The notes beneath the pieces were generated by a model that saw only the letters and a program-made list of their open reading frames with translations, did not search any database and had not been told where the DNA came from. Position numbers and translations under genes: made by a program. A stretch of 63,906 bases of DNA, counting the filler. It is 6 parts of 6 records of this genome, joined end to end, with 100 filler letters (N's around TTAATTAATTAA, not from the genome) between each part and the next. Parts side by side here need not be neighbours in the genome. Positions count along the whole stretch, not along the records: positions 14,007 to 35,786 come from SRR2962707_2156; positions 35,887 to 43,986 come from SRR2962707_2160; 4 more parts are not named here. The stretch is one strand, 5' to 3'. Position 1 is the first letter of the stretch; each line of letters starts with the position of its first letter. Shown piece after piece: positions 28,643 through 38,265 of the stretch.

Positions 28643-29809
28643 GTGACAAGCGCACTGACCAACATAAAGGTGCTGGACCTGACCCATGTGCTGGCGGGTC
28701 CGTTTTGCACCTATCAATTGGGGCTTTTGGGCGCGGATGTGATCAAGATCGAAGACCCGTCCAATCCGGACTGCGCGCGCGGGCGCGGACCGGATGATGC
28801 GCTGAACGCCGCAGGGCTTGGGCTGAATTATCAGGTGCAGGGCGGGAACAAGCGTAGCCTCGCGATGAACCTGCGCAGCGCCGAGGGGGCCGAGCTGCTA
28901 AAGTCGCTCGCTGAAACTGCAGATATCATCGTCGAGAATTATACCACCGGCGCATTGGCCGCCCTTGGTCTAGGCTATGATGTTTTGGCGTCGATCAACC
29001 CGCGCCTAATCCATTGCTCTATCACGGGATATGGCGACAGCGGGCCGCAGGCTGAACACGGTGCCTATGACAATGTCATTCAGGCCACCAGCGGCACCAT
29101 AAGCCAATGCGGCGGTGTCAAACCGGCTGTGTCCTTTGTCGATTATGCCACGGGATATGCCGCCGCCTTTGCCGTGACTGCAGCGCTTAACGGGCGCACG
29201 CAATCCGGACGCGGCACGCATATTTCGGTCTCCATGCTTGAGGTCGCGATGCAAATGATGGCCCCCGAAGCCGCCGCCGCCCAGCGCCCCGCATCTGCCG
29301 CACGCAGCAAGGAACCGGGCATCGCCAGCTATGATACCCAAGAGGGCCAGCTGATGCTGGGTGCGTTTCATCCAGCGCAATACCGCAAGCTGGCCGCGCT
29401 TTTGGGCGGGTTGGGCCACCCCCTGCCCGCATTGGCGCAGATCAAGACGTGGTCCGACGTTTGGACATTGCCCGAGACGACCACAGACGCCCTGCGTGAC
29501 ATATTCCTGACGGCAGACGCGGACACATGGGTGACCCGCCTGCGGGCGGCCGATCTCCCCGCAGAGCGGATCAAAACCTTGGCCGAGGCCGTCACTTTGC
29601 CGCAACTCGCTGCGCGTGGCTATTTTCAACCCAGCCCTATGGGCGTGGACATACCGTTGCCCACGACTGCCTTCCACATGGGCGGCAAAGCGGCCACAAT
29701 CAATCAAGCGCCCCCAATGCTCGGCCAGCATTCCCATGCGGTTCTCGCCGAAATGGGGCTAAGCGAGCGGCAAATCAGACAGCTTTACGATGCAGGGATC
29801 GTCACATGA
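28643..29809 (+). CDS. Family III CoA-transferase (CaiB/BaiF)
   Basis: KVLDLTHVLAGP, GADVIKIE, NKRS, VENY, SITGYG, FVDYATG; start uncertain. Confidence 0.92.
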   Translation: MTSALTNIKVLDLTHVLAGPFCTYQLGLLGADVIKIEDPSNPDCARGRGPDDALNAAGLGLNYQVQGGNKRSLAMNLRSAEGAELLKSLAETADIIVENYTTGALAALGLGYDVLASINPRLIHCSITGYGDSGPQAEHGAYDNVIQATSGTISQCGGVKPAVSFVDYATGYAAAFAVTAALNGRTQSGRGTHISVSMLEVAMQMMAPEAAAAQRPASAARSKEPGIASYDTQEGQLMLGAFHPAQYRKLAALLGGLGHPLPALAQIKTWSDVWTLPETTTDALRDIFLTADADTWVTRLRAADLPAERIKTLAEAVTLPQLAARGYFQPSPMGVDIPLPTTAFHMGGKAATINQAPPMLGQHSHAVLAEMGLSERQIRQLYDAGIVT

Positions 29810-30684
29810 CCCGACTGACCGCTACCCTTTGGACAGAACTGCCAGATGAACTGCATCATCGCGGTGAGCCGTCTGACTGGGCCAAAATGACCCGCCCCGG
29901 CCAGCCGATGCATTCCTTTCTGGAGGCCGCGTTCTTTGACGCGGATGCCAATCTGTGGCTGTCAGATGTTCCATACGGGCGGGTGTTCCGCGTCTCACCA
30001 GACGGCAACTGGACACAGATGCATCAGATTGATGGCGAACCCCACGCGATGCGCATCGCACCCGATGGACGCCGCATTGCGGTCGACTACCGGCACGGGC
30101 TGATCGAACTGACCGGCGACACCACGTTTGATGTGCTCAGCACCGGGGGCACATCGCCCTTCCTTGGCCTGTCCGATATGACCTATGGCCCCGACGGCGC
30201 GCTTTGGTTCACAGACAGCGGGCGCAGCAGCTTAAGCGACCCGCGCGGGCGCGTGTATCGTTGGCAGGATGGCAATCTGCGGCTGGTGCTGGACTGCGTG
30301 CCCTATTCCAACGGCATTGCCGTGTCGCCTGACAACGCATGGGTCTATGTGGCCGCGACGCGCGCCAATCAGGTCTGGAAATTCTCGACCCGCCTGCCAG
30401 CGGATGGCGCGCCTATGGTCGGCACCTATCTGCACCTGTCCGGCGGGCTTGGCCCTGACGGGCTGGCCTGCAACCCCCACGGCTGGCTGGCGGTTGCCCA
30501 AGCCCAAGCAGGCCGTGCCTATGTGTTTGATGCGGTTGGCGATCTGATCGCCGACGTGCGCCTGCCCCGCGGATTGTGGACCACATCGGTCACTTTTGAT
30601 CCCGCCGACCCGCACCGCCTGATTATCGTGGACGCCCAATATGGCGGCGTCTTCACCTGCCACATCCCGACGCCAAGGACCTGA
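29806..30684 (+). CDS. SMP-30/gluconolactonase/LRE family protein
   Basis: SFLEAA, WFTDSG, YSNGIAVSPD, GPDGL; ATGA overlap with upstream gene. Confidence 0.9.
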   Translation: MTRLTATLWTELPDELHHRGEPSDWAKMTRPGQPMHSFLEAAFFDADANLWLSDVPYGRVFRVSPDGNWTQMHQIDGEPHAMRIAPDGRRIAVDYRHGLIELTGDTTFDVLSTGGTSPFLGLSDMTYGPDGALWFTDSGRSSLSDPRGRVYRWQDGNLRLVLDCVPYSNGIAVSPDNAWVYVAATRANQVWKFSTRLPADGAPMVGTYLHLSGGLGPDGLACNPHGWLAVAQAQAGRAYVFDAVGDLIADVRLPRGLWTTSVTFDPADPHRLIIVDAQYGGVFTCHIPTPRT

Positions 30685-30688
30685 TCCC

Positions 30689-31588
30689 ATGCAAAAAGAC
30701 GACCTTCACGGCTATGTGCCTGCCATCGCGACCCCCTTCAACGACCGCGGCGAGATTATGGAGGATGCATTTGTCGATCTGTTCGAATTCCTGCTGTCAC
30801 GGGGGGCAAGCTGCATCTGCATCGCGGGCGATAACGGTGAAAGCTGGACGCTGAATGCAGATGAACGCGGGCGTCTTGTCCGGCTGGCCAAGGACACCGC
30901 CAAGGGGCGCGTGCCTGTAATGATGGGCGTGTCTGCCCCCACGATCGATGCCTCGTTGGCCTATGTCCGCGCGGCCCAGGAAAACGGTGCCGACGTGCTG
31001 CTGTCGATGCCGCAGACCTATGTTCTTAAAGCTTCGGATGCGGAATTGATGGCGCGGTTCGACAAGGTTTCAGCGGCCACCAAACTGCCGCTGGTGCTGT
31101 ACAATTCGCCGCGCCGTATGGGGTTTTCCCTGACCATCGACCAGACCGAACGCCTGCTCGACAATCACAACGTGATCGGGATCAAGGAAAGCCAACGTGA
31201 CTTTTTCTATCACACCCACCTGTTGCACCGCCTTGGCCATCGCATGTCGGTAATGACTGGCCCCTGCCATTATATCCTGCCCGCCTTTGCCCTTGGCGCA
31301 AAAGGCTTTATCGCGACAGGGCCAGAGTTTACCGACCTACTGCCGTCGGACATGGCCACCGTGGGCACTGCGGCACCAGATGACACCTATCGCCACGCCC
31401 ACCATCAGTTGACGGTTCTGTACGAGGTCTTGATGGGCACCGGCACATGGCCTGCTGCCTTCAAGGCCGCGCTGAACCTGATCGGCCAACCGGCGGGTGT
31501 GCCGCGCGATCCCGTGCTGCCCTTGGCCGAGGCTGATATCGACAAGATTAAACGCACATTCGACGATCTCGGCATCTCGTACTCATGA
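30689..31588 (+). CDS. DHDPS/class I aldolase family protein
   Basis: ATPF, GDNGES, LYNSP, GIKES (Schiff-base Lys). Confidence 0.9.
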   Translation: MQKDDLHGYVPAIATPFNDRGEIMEDAFVDLFEFLLSRGASCICIAGDNGESWTLNADERGRLVRLAKDTAKGRVPVMMGVSAPTIDASLAYVRAAQENGADVLLSMPQTYVLKASDAELMARFDKVSAATKLPLVLYNSPRRMGFSLTIDQTERLLDNHNVIGIKESQRDFFYHTHLLHRLGHRMSVMTGPCHYILPAFALGAKGFIATGPEFTDLLPSDMATVGTAAPDDTYRHAHHQLTVLYEVLMGTGTWPAAFKAALNLIGQPAGVPRDPVLPLAEADIDKIKRTFDDLGISYS

Positions 31589-31869
31589 TCCGGCTGGTTG
31601 CAAACCAAGCGGCGCAAATCCAGCGTTCCGAACGGGTGACCTTTACCTTTGATGGTATGCCCGTCGAGGGGCACAGCGGCGAAAGCCTTGTCTCGGCCCT
31701 GCTGCGCGCGGGCCACCTGAGCCTGCGTCTCGCCCCAAACGACAACGCCCCGCGTGGCGCGTTCTGCTGCATGGGGCTGTGTCAGGAATGCGCTGTGGTG
31801 ATACACGGTCAGGTCGTCGAAGCCTGCTGCACGGGTGTGGCGGCGGGCCTTGTGGTCGGGCGGGTCTGA
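31585..31869 (+). CDS. 2Fe-2S subunit (HcnA / opine oxidase-type)
   Basis: GESLVSALL, RGAFCCMGLCQEC...AC. Confidence 0.9.
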   Translation: MIRLVANQAAQIQRSERVTFTFDGMPVEGHSGESLVSALLRAGHLSLRLAPNDNAPRGAFCCMGLCQECAVVIHGQVVEACCTGVAAGLVVGRV

Positions 31870-33269
31870 TGGATGAACACTATGATACTGCCGTGATCGG
31901 CGCAGGCCCTGCGGGTGGTAACGCCGCACTGCAAGCCGCGCGCAGGGGGTTGCGGGTTGTGCTGCTGGATGAACAACCCGCGCCCGGCGGGCAGGTTTGG
32001 CGGGCCAAGTCCGCCAGCATCATCGCTGCCCCTACAACACCAGAAAGCAGCGCAGGCGACGCATTGCGCAGCGCGTTAGGGGCAAGCGAGGTGACATTAC
32101 GGGCCAGCACCCGTGTCTGGGATATCCGGCGTCAGGCTGGCGCATGGACCCTGCAAATCCTGCGCGATAATAACTCGCTGGAGATCACCGCCCGCACGCT
32201 GATCCTCGCCACCGGTGCGCGCGAATACGTGCAACCTGTACCGGGGTGGACGACGCCGGGCGTGATTGGGCTGGCGGGTGCGACGGCTCTTTTCAAGCAC
32301 TCCCTATCGCTTCCCGGCAATCGCACCGTCGTCAGCGGGACAGGCCCCCTGGTGTTCTATGTCGCCAGCGAAATCCGCCGTCTGGGCGGCACGGTCGCGG
32401 CCATCGTCACACCGAACAGTCGCGCGGATTGGGCGCGTGCTGTGCCATCAATGCTAGACCAGCCGAAATTGATGGCACGGGGGGCCGTTTGGCTGGCCGA
32501 TCTGATGCTGGCGCGGGTACCAATCTTGTGGGGCCATGCCGTGTCCGACGTCTTGGGCACAGACCATGTCACAAGCGTAAAGACCCGCAATCTGCGAAGC
32601 AGTTTGGCAGGCCCGGAATTTGCAGCGGACAGCCTGTGCCTCGGCCACGGGTTGGTGCCGAATATTGAAGCCGCGCAAATGCTTGGGGTGCCGATACGCC
32701 ATGATGCAAGCTTGGGCGGTTGGGTGCCCGAAGCCGAACCCGACGGGGTAACAAATGTCGAAGGCTTGTACCTGTGCGGCGATGGTTGCGGCATCCGTGG
32801 GGCCGCCGCAGCGGGACTGCAAGGCACATTGACGGGCGCGCGCGTGGCCCGCGATCTGGGGAAATCCGCTCCCACGCCACCGCTGCGGCAATGGCAGCGG
32901 GCCGCGCGGTTTGGCCAAGCGATGACAGCGCTCAGCCACCCCCGCCCCGAAGTGCAAACGCTGACAACCCAAGACACCATCGTCTGCCGCTGCGAAAGCC
33001 TGCGCCGCAGCGATATCACCGCCGAGATCACAACCGGTGCCGCCAGCGCCAATGCGGTCAAATCAGGACTGCGGGCGGGTATGGGGCCCTGCGGCGGTAA
33101 ATATTGCCAGACCGCCATCGCGGGTCTGATCGCGGCACAAACCGGCAAGGCCATCGCAGACGTGCCGCCGCCCACACCGCGTCCGCCATTGCGCCCCTTG
33201 CCGCTTGGGCAGGCCGTGGGTGATTTTGACTATGACGATCTGCCCATTCCAAAACCGGCACCCCTATGA
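31869..33269 (+). CDS. FAD/NAD oxidoreductase with BFD-like 2Fe-2S (HcnB/OoxA-type subunit)
   Basis: GAGPAG, LATGARE, PGWTTPGV, C-terminal CRCE...GMGPCGGKYC...RPP. Confidence 0.9.
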   Translation: MDEHYDTAVIGAGPAGGNAALQAARRGLRVVLLDEQPAPGGQVWRAKSASIIAAPTTPESSAGDALRSALGASEVTLRASTRVWDIRRQAGAWTLQILRDNNSLEITARTLILATGAREYVQPVPGWTTPGVIGLAGATALFKHSLSLPGNRTVVSGTGPLVFYVASEIRRLGGTVAAIVTPNSRADWARAVPSMLDQPKLMARGAVWLADLMLARVPILWGHAVSDVLGTDHVTSVKTRNLRSSLAGPEFAADSLCLGHGLVPNIEAAQMLGVPIRHDASLGGWVPEAEPDGVTNVEGLYLCGDGCGIRGAAAAGLQGTLTGARVARDLGKSAPTPPLRQWQRAARFGQAMTALSHPRPEVQTLTTQDTIVCRCESLRRSDITAEITTGAASANAVKSGLRAGMGPCGGKYCQTAIAGLIAAQTGKAIADVPPPTPRPPLRPLPLGQAVGDFDYDDLPIPKPAPL

Positions 33270-34369
33270 CCGCTGACACAGCATATGACATCGCCCTTAT
33301 CGGCGGCGGGATCATGGGCTGCGCAACCGCGCTGCGCGTCGCGGCGGGTGGCATGTCGGTGATCGTTCTGGATCAGGGCGACCTTGGCCAAGGCGCTTCC
33401 GGCGTCAACGCGGGCACGCTGAGCCTGCAAATCAAACGCGTGAAACTGATGCCTTATGCGCTGAAGGGGCATCATCTATGGGCAGAAATGGGCGATGCTG
33501 TCGGCTTTGCCAAAACCGGCGGCTATACGCTGGCGTTCAACGCCCGCGAGGCCGAGATGTTGCACGAACGGCAGACCCTCAAGGCGCAGGCAGGCGCGCC
33601 CATCGAATTCGTATCAAACAACCGCTTGCGCGCCGCCGAACCTAACCTGACCCACAAGGTCGAAGCAGCCAGCTTTTGCCCCGAGGACGGCTATGCCAAT
33701 GCCGCGCTTACCGGGCAGTATTACCGAGGCCGCCTGCGCGACGCCGGCATCCAGTATCGCGAGGGTTGCAAGGTCACGGCGATTGACCGCAACAACGGTT
33801 TCGCCCTGACCACACCCCAAGGGACAATACGCGCGAAACGGATTTTGCTGGCCGCAGGCGCATGGTTGAAACCCCTCGCGGCGCTGCTGGATGTGGATCT
33901 GCCCGTTAATGCGCGCGTCAACACGGTATCGGTTACCGAACGTATGCCCCCCCTGATAAGTAGTGTCATCGGCCATGCGACGGGTCTGCTCACCATGAAG
34001 CAAAAGGCAAACGGCACCGTGTTGATCGGCGGCGGCTGGCAGGGGCTTGGCACCCCGCAAGACGGGCGCGGCACCGTGAACGCGCAAACCGTGCGGCCCA
34101 ATCTAGCCTTGGCGCAATACGCGGTGCCTGCACTTGGCACAGCCCGTGTGACGCGCAGCTGGACAGGGTTCGAGGCGAATGTGCCGGACTTTTACCCGCT
34201 GGCGGGTGCCCTGCCCGGCGTGCCTGACGCCTTTGTGCTGGGCTGCGTGCGCGGCGGTTACACCATCGGCCCATATATCGGGCAATTGATGGGCGATGCT
34301 ATTCTGGGGCGAGAGCCTGAAATGCCCCTGTTCGATCCGGGACGCGATTTTGAAAAGGACATGATATGA
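33266..34369 (+). CDS. FAD-dependent amine/amino-acid oxidoreductase (DAO family; HcnC/OoxB-type subunit)
   Basis: IGGGIMG, GASGVNAG, AAGAW, RSWTG, GGYTIGP. Confidence 0.9.
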   Translation: MTADTAYDIALIGGGIMGCATALRVAAGGMSVIVLDQGDLGQGASGVNAGTLSLQIKRVKLMPYALKGHHLWAEMGDAVGFAKTGGYTLAFNAREAEMLHERQTLKAQAGAPIEFVSNNRLRAAEPNLTHKVEAASFCPEDGYANAALTGQYYRGRLRDAGIQYREGCKVTAIDRNNGFALTTPQGTIRAKRILLAAGAWLKPLAALLDVDLPVNARVNTVSVTERMPPLISSVIGHATGLLTMKQKANGTVLIGGGWQGLGTPQDGRGTVNAQTVRPNLALAQYAVPALGTARVTRSWTGFEANVPDFYPLAGALPGVPDAFVLGCVRGGYTIGPYIGQLMGDAILGREPEMPLFDPGRDFEKDMI

Positions 34370-35142
34370 CACAAGACCCCGCCCGACTGGACGGAAAACT
34401 GGCCGTGATCACCGGCGGCGGCAGCGGTATCGGCGAGGCAACGGCCCATGTCTTTGCTCAAGCGGGCGCAACCGTCGTGGTCGCGGGGCGCAGGTTAGCG
34501 CCACTAGAGAAGGTCGCAAAGGCCGTCGGCGGGCATGCCATCGCCTGCGATGTCTCCGACCAAGACGACGTTCGCGCCCTGTTTGCCAAGGCGCGCAAAA
34601 TCACGGGCCGCATTGATGTCCTGCTGAACAACGCAGGCGGCCCCGGCCCAATCGCGCCGGTGGCCGAGGTCGACATGACCGACTGGGTGGGCTGCATGAA
34701 CATCAACCTCGTGGGTGCGATGTATTGCCTGCAAGAGGCCGCCAAAATCATGACCGCCCAAGGGGCAGGATCAATCATCAACATGTCGTCGCTGATGGGC
34801 ATTCAGGGCTATCCGATGCGGTCAGCCTATGTGGCGTCAAAATTCGCCCTGATCGGCATCACCGAAAGCATGGCGCGCGAACTTGGCCCCGTCGGTGTGC
34901 GCGTCAATGCGTTGATGCCCGGTGCGGTATCAGGCGAAAACATGGACCGTATCCTTGCCCGCCGGGCTGAAGCCGAAGGTCGCCCCGCCTCCGAGATCGA
35001 ACGCGAGAACTACACCGATGTGGCCGCCCTCAAACGCTGGGTAACACCAGAGGAAGTCGGCCGCGCAGCGCTTTATTACGCCAGCGATCTAAGCTCGGCC
35101 ATCACGGGCGATAAGATGAAAGTGGATTGCGGGCGCTTCTAG
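34366..35142 (+). CDS. Short-chain dehydrogenase/reductase
   Basis: TGGGSGIG, NNAG, YVASK. Confidence 0.93.
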   Translation: MTQDPARLDGKLAVITGGGSGIGEATAHVFAQAGATVVVAGRRLAPLEKVAKAVGGHAIACDVSDQDDVRALFAKARKITGRIDVLLNNAGGPGPIAPVAEVDMTDWVGCMNINLVGAMYCLQEAAKIMTAQGAGSIINMSSLMGIQGYPMRSAYVASKFALIGITESMARELGPVGVRVNALMPGAVSGENMDRILARRAEAEGRPASEIERENYTDVAALKRWVTPEEVGRAALYYASDLSSAITGDKMKVDCGRF

Positions 35143-35181
35143 CGGTTTCGGTCCAACGACTTTTCATATTGCGCCCCCCCC

Positions 35182-35221
35182 AAAAAAAACGCCCCGCCGT
35201 TGTTAGACAGCGGGGCGTTTA
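35182..35221. terminator. Intrinsic terminator between convergent SDR and BCCT genes
   Basis: A-tract plus AAACGCCCCGC...GCGGGGCGTTT stem. Confidence 0.75.
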
Positions 35222-35239
35222 TGGTTTTATGTCAAAAGC

Positions 35240-35786
35240 TTAGGTGTTCTTCAACTCGGACCGTAGGCCTTTGTAGATGGCGTAGCACATCACCAGCAAA
35301 ACAACGGTAAACGGCAACCCGGTCGAGATTACCATCGACTGGAGCGACGACAGCCCCCCGACCGACAGCAGCAACACCATTGCGACCGCACCTTCGAACA
35401 CACACCAGAACACACGTTGTGGCAACGGCGCATCGACCTTGCCGCCTGCTGTGATGGTATCAATCACCAACGATCCCGAATCCGACGAGGTCACAAAGAA
35501 CACGATGACCAGAATGATCCCGATCATCGATGTGATCCCCGCCAAAGGCAGCGCATCAAGCATGGCAAACAGCTGGCGTGGCAGTTCGGCCTCTTGGGCG
35601 GCAGTATAGCCGTCTTGCACGACCTGCTGGATCGCAACGCCACCAAAGACGCTCATCCACAAGACGCAGACAAGGCTGGGGATCAGCAGCACGCAGGTCA
35701 CGAATTCACGCACCGACCGGCCACGGCTGACGCGGGCGATAAACATGCCCACAAAAGGTGACCAGCTGATCCACCACGCCCAATAG
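35240..35786 (-). CDS. BCCT family transporter (5' truncated)
   Basis: YWAWWISWSPFVGMFIARVSRGRSVREF, FFVTSSDSG. Confidence 0.93.
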
Positions 35787-35886
35787 NNNNNNNNNNNNNN
35801 NNNNNNNNNNNNNNNNNNNNNNNNNNNNNNTTAATTAATTAANNNNNNNNNNNNNNNNNNNNNNNNNNNNNNNNNNNNNNNNNNNN
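35787..35886. other. Artificial contig linker
   Basis: N44-TTAATTAATTAA-N44. Confidence 0.99.
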
Positions 35887-35887
35887 C

Positions 35888-36364
35888 TCCACCGCCATGC
35901 GCCAGAATGCCACCAATATCTTTAACGGCATGTGGCTGTTCTATGTGCCCCTGGCGTTGATCGGCTTCAATCCTGTGTGGATCGGCGTGGCTTATGCCCT
36001 CTCACTGGTGTACCAGTTTTTCATTCACACCACGCTGGTTGGCAAACTGCCAGGCTGGGTGGAAACCGTGCTCAACACCCCCAGCCATCACCGGGTTCAC
36101 CATGGCCGCAACCCCGGCTATATCGACCGCAACTATGGTGGCACTCTGATCGTCTGGGACCGACTGTTCGGCACCTTTGTCGCCGAAGACGAACAGGCAC
36201 CACCGGACTACGGCATTACCCGACCGGTACACTCCAGAAACCTGCTGGTGCTGTGGACCCACGAGTACGTGGACCTGTTCCGGGCCATGGCCCGACCAGG
36301 CGGCCTGCAAGCCCGCCTGAAGCACCTGTGGAAGCCACCCGAATGGGATCGGGACGCGGACTAG
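35888..36364 (+). CDS. Sterol desaturase family (alkylglycerol monooxygenase-like), 5' truncated
   Basis: YQFFIHT, TPSHHRVHHG, NYGGTLIVWDRLFGT. Confidence 0.85.
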   Translation, partial: STAMRQNATNIFNGMWLFYVPLALIGFNPVWIGVAYALSLVYQFFIHTTLVGKLPGWVETVLNTPSHHRVHHGRNPGYIDRNYGGTLIVWDRLFGTFVAEDEQAPPDYGITRPVHSRNLLVLWTHEYVDLFRAMARPGGLQARLKHLWKPPEWDRDAD

Positions 36365-36462
36365 CGCCACAAAAGCCGGATTTTCCGGCTCCGTCTCACA
36401 TTAACGTCCGATTTCCGGCTAGACTCCCGTTTACGCCACCAAACCGCCCGGAATCGACCAAC

Positions 36463-37380
36463 ATGGACCTGCAGGAAAGTTTCATCAACAGCCCCGATCA
36501 CCATCGAATTCCGTTGCTGTCGTGGGCGGCGGAGACCCCGTCGGCCGTGCTGGTCATTGCCCACGGCATGGCGGAGCATGCAGCCCGCTACCAGCCGCTG
36601 GCGCTCTGGCTGAACCAGCAGGGGGTATCGGTGATTGCGATCCAGCATCGAGGCCACGGACCGCATTGCCCCGAAACTGACCTTGGCCATTACGCCGACC
36701 ACAAGGGCTGGCAGAAAGTAGTGGACGACCTGCAGCAAGTCGTTGTCCATGCCAGAAAGCAACACCCCGACCTCCCGCTAACGCTGTTCGGCCACAGCAT
36801 GGGTTCGTTCATCGCCCAGGCCTTCAGCCAGCAGTATGGTGACCAGATCGACAGACTGATCCTCTGCGCGACCAATCGTATCGACAAACCGAAGTTGCGG
36901 GCCTCCCTGGCACTGGTCCGCTCTCTCCGGGCACTGCGCGGGAAACGGCACCACAGCCGCCTGATCGACAATATGACCTTCGGTGCCTTCAACAAGGCGT
37001 TCTCCCCCAATCGCACCAGCCATGACTGGCTCAGCCGCGACCCGCAACAGGTGGACCGCTACCTGAGAGACCCACTCTGCGGCTTTCCCTGCACGGCAGG
37101 CCTATGGTCCGACTTCATTGGTGGCATGCTAACCATCAATCCAAAAACATGGCGCAAGGACCTTCCGATACACCTGCTGGCCGGTGACAGCGACCCGGTT
37201 GGCGAGATGGGACACGGTTTCAACCGGCATGTTGCCAACCTTCGTGGCGCCGGCCTGCTCGTTGCCTCCGACCGTCTGTTTCCCGGCGCCCGTCACGAAC
37301 TGGTCAATGAAACCAATGCTGACGAGGTCTGGCACCACATCCTCGACTGCCTGCGTACCGGGACAGACTCCGGCGCGTAA
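36463..37380 (+). CDS. Alpha/beta hydrolase (lysophospholipase/monoglyceride lipase-like)
   Basis: HGMAEHAARY, HRGHG, GHSMGS, GDSDPV, RHELVNE. Confidence 0.9.
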   Translation: MDLQESFINSPDHHRIPLLSWAAETPSAVLVIAHGMAEHAARYQPLALWLNQQGVSVIAIQHRGHGPHCPETDLGHYADHKGWQKVVDDLQQVVVHARKQHPDLPLTLFGHSMGSFIAQAFSQQYGDQIDRLILCATNRIDKPKLRASLALVRSLRALRGKRHHSRLIDNMTFGAFNKAFSPNRTSHDWLSRDPQQVDRYLRDPLCGFPCTAGLWSDFIGGMLTINPKTWRKDLPIHLLAGDSDPVGEMGHGFNRHVANLRGAGLLVASDRLFPGARHELVNETNADEVWHHILDCLRTGTDSGA

Positions 37381-37444
37381 AAACATGACGCCGACCGGCC
37401 CGGGGCGCTAAGATCAATGCCACCCAACTAATCGGAGTAAGCCC

Positions 37445-38242
37445 ATGTTTACCAACAGAGTCGTGTGGATCACCGGCGCCTCGTCCGGCATTGGTGAGGC
37501 CCTGGCAGCCAGGTTTGCGCGCGAAAATGCAAGAGTTGTTCTTTCGGCGCGACGCCAGCCAGAGCTGGAGAGGGTCCGCCAGCACTGCATTGATGCCGGC
37601 GCCGCCCCGGAAAACATGCTGGTATTGCCTCTTGACGTTACCGACCTGCCCTCACTTCCGGTAGCTGCCGACCACGTCATCAGTCACTTCGGCCAGATCG
37701 ACCTGCTGATCAACAACGCCGGCCTTTCCCAACGCTCTCTGTGCAAGGATACCGAGCTGTCGGTGTACCAGAAGCTACTGGATGTGGATGTGATGGGGCA
37801 GATTGCGCTGACCAAGGCCGTGCTCCCCCATATGCTGGAGCGCCAATCCGGACACCTGGCGGTGACCGCCAGCGTGGCCGGTAAAGTCGGCGTCCCCCTG
37901 CGCACCGGCTACTGTGCCGCCAAGCACGCGGTGATGGGCTTCTTCGACGCCCTGCGGGCCGAGGTGGAAGACGATGGCATTCTGGTCTCCACCATCACCC
38001 CCGGATTTATCCGCACGGACATTTCCCGCAATGCCCTGGCGGCCGATGGCTCTGCCTTCGGCGAGGAAGACGAGAACATTGCCGGTGGCATGGACGTCGG
38101 CGAGTGCGCGGATGTCATCGTCAGTGCGCTGGCCAAGGGAAAACGCGAGATTCCCGTCGGCAAGGGCAAGGAAATGGCAGCGCTTTGGGTCAAGCGTGTC
38201 GCTCCCGAGATGATGTTTAAGTTGGCGCGCAAGCAGAACTGA
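37445..38242 (+). CDS. Short-chain dehydrogenase/reductase
   Basis: TGASSGIG, NNAG, YCAAK. Confidence 0.92.
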   Translation: MFTNRVVWITGASSGIGEALAARFARENARVVLSARRQPELERVRQHCIDAGAAPENMLVLPLDVTDLPSLPVAADHVISHFGQIDLLINNAGLSQRSLCKDTELSVYQKLLDVDVMGQIALTKAVLPHMLERQSGHLAVTASVAGKVGVPLRTGYCAAKHAVMGFFDALRAEVEDDGILVSTITPGFIRTDISRNALAADGSAFGEEDENIAGGMDVGECADVIVSALAKGKREIPVGKGKEMAALWVKRVAPEMMFKLARKQN

Positions 38243-38265
38243 ATCTGGAGTCACTGAAAACGGTT

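Noticed and set aside
31585-34369. HCN synthase hcnABC or sarcosine oxidase
   Set aside because: The same subunit families serve opine and D-hydroxyproline dehydrogenases; the catabolic context and missing sarcosine oxidase delta/gamma subunits make these calls unsupported.
35240-35786. BCCT transporter as part of the catabolic cluster (carnitine-like pathway with BKACE and CaiB)
   Set aside because: It is convergent, separated by a terminator and truncated, so its promoter cannot be seen; no carnitine dehydrogenase is present.
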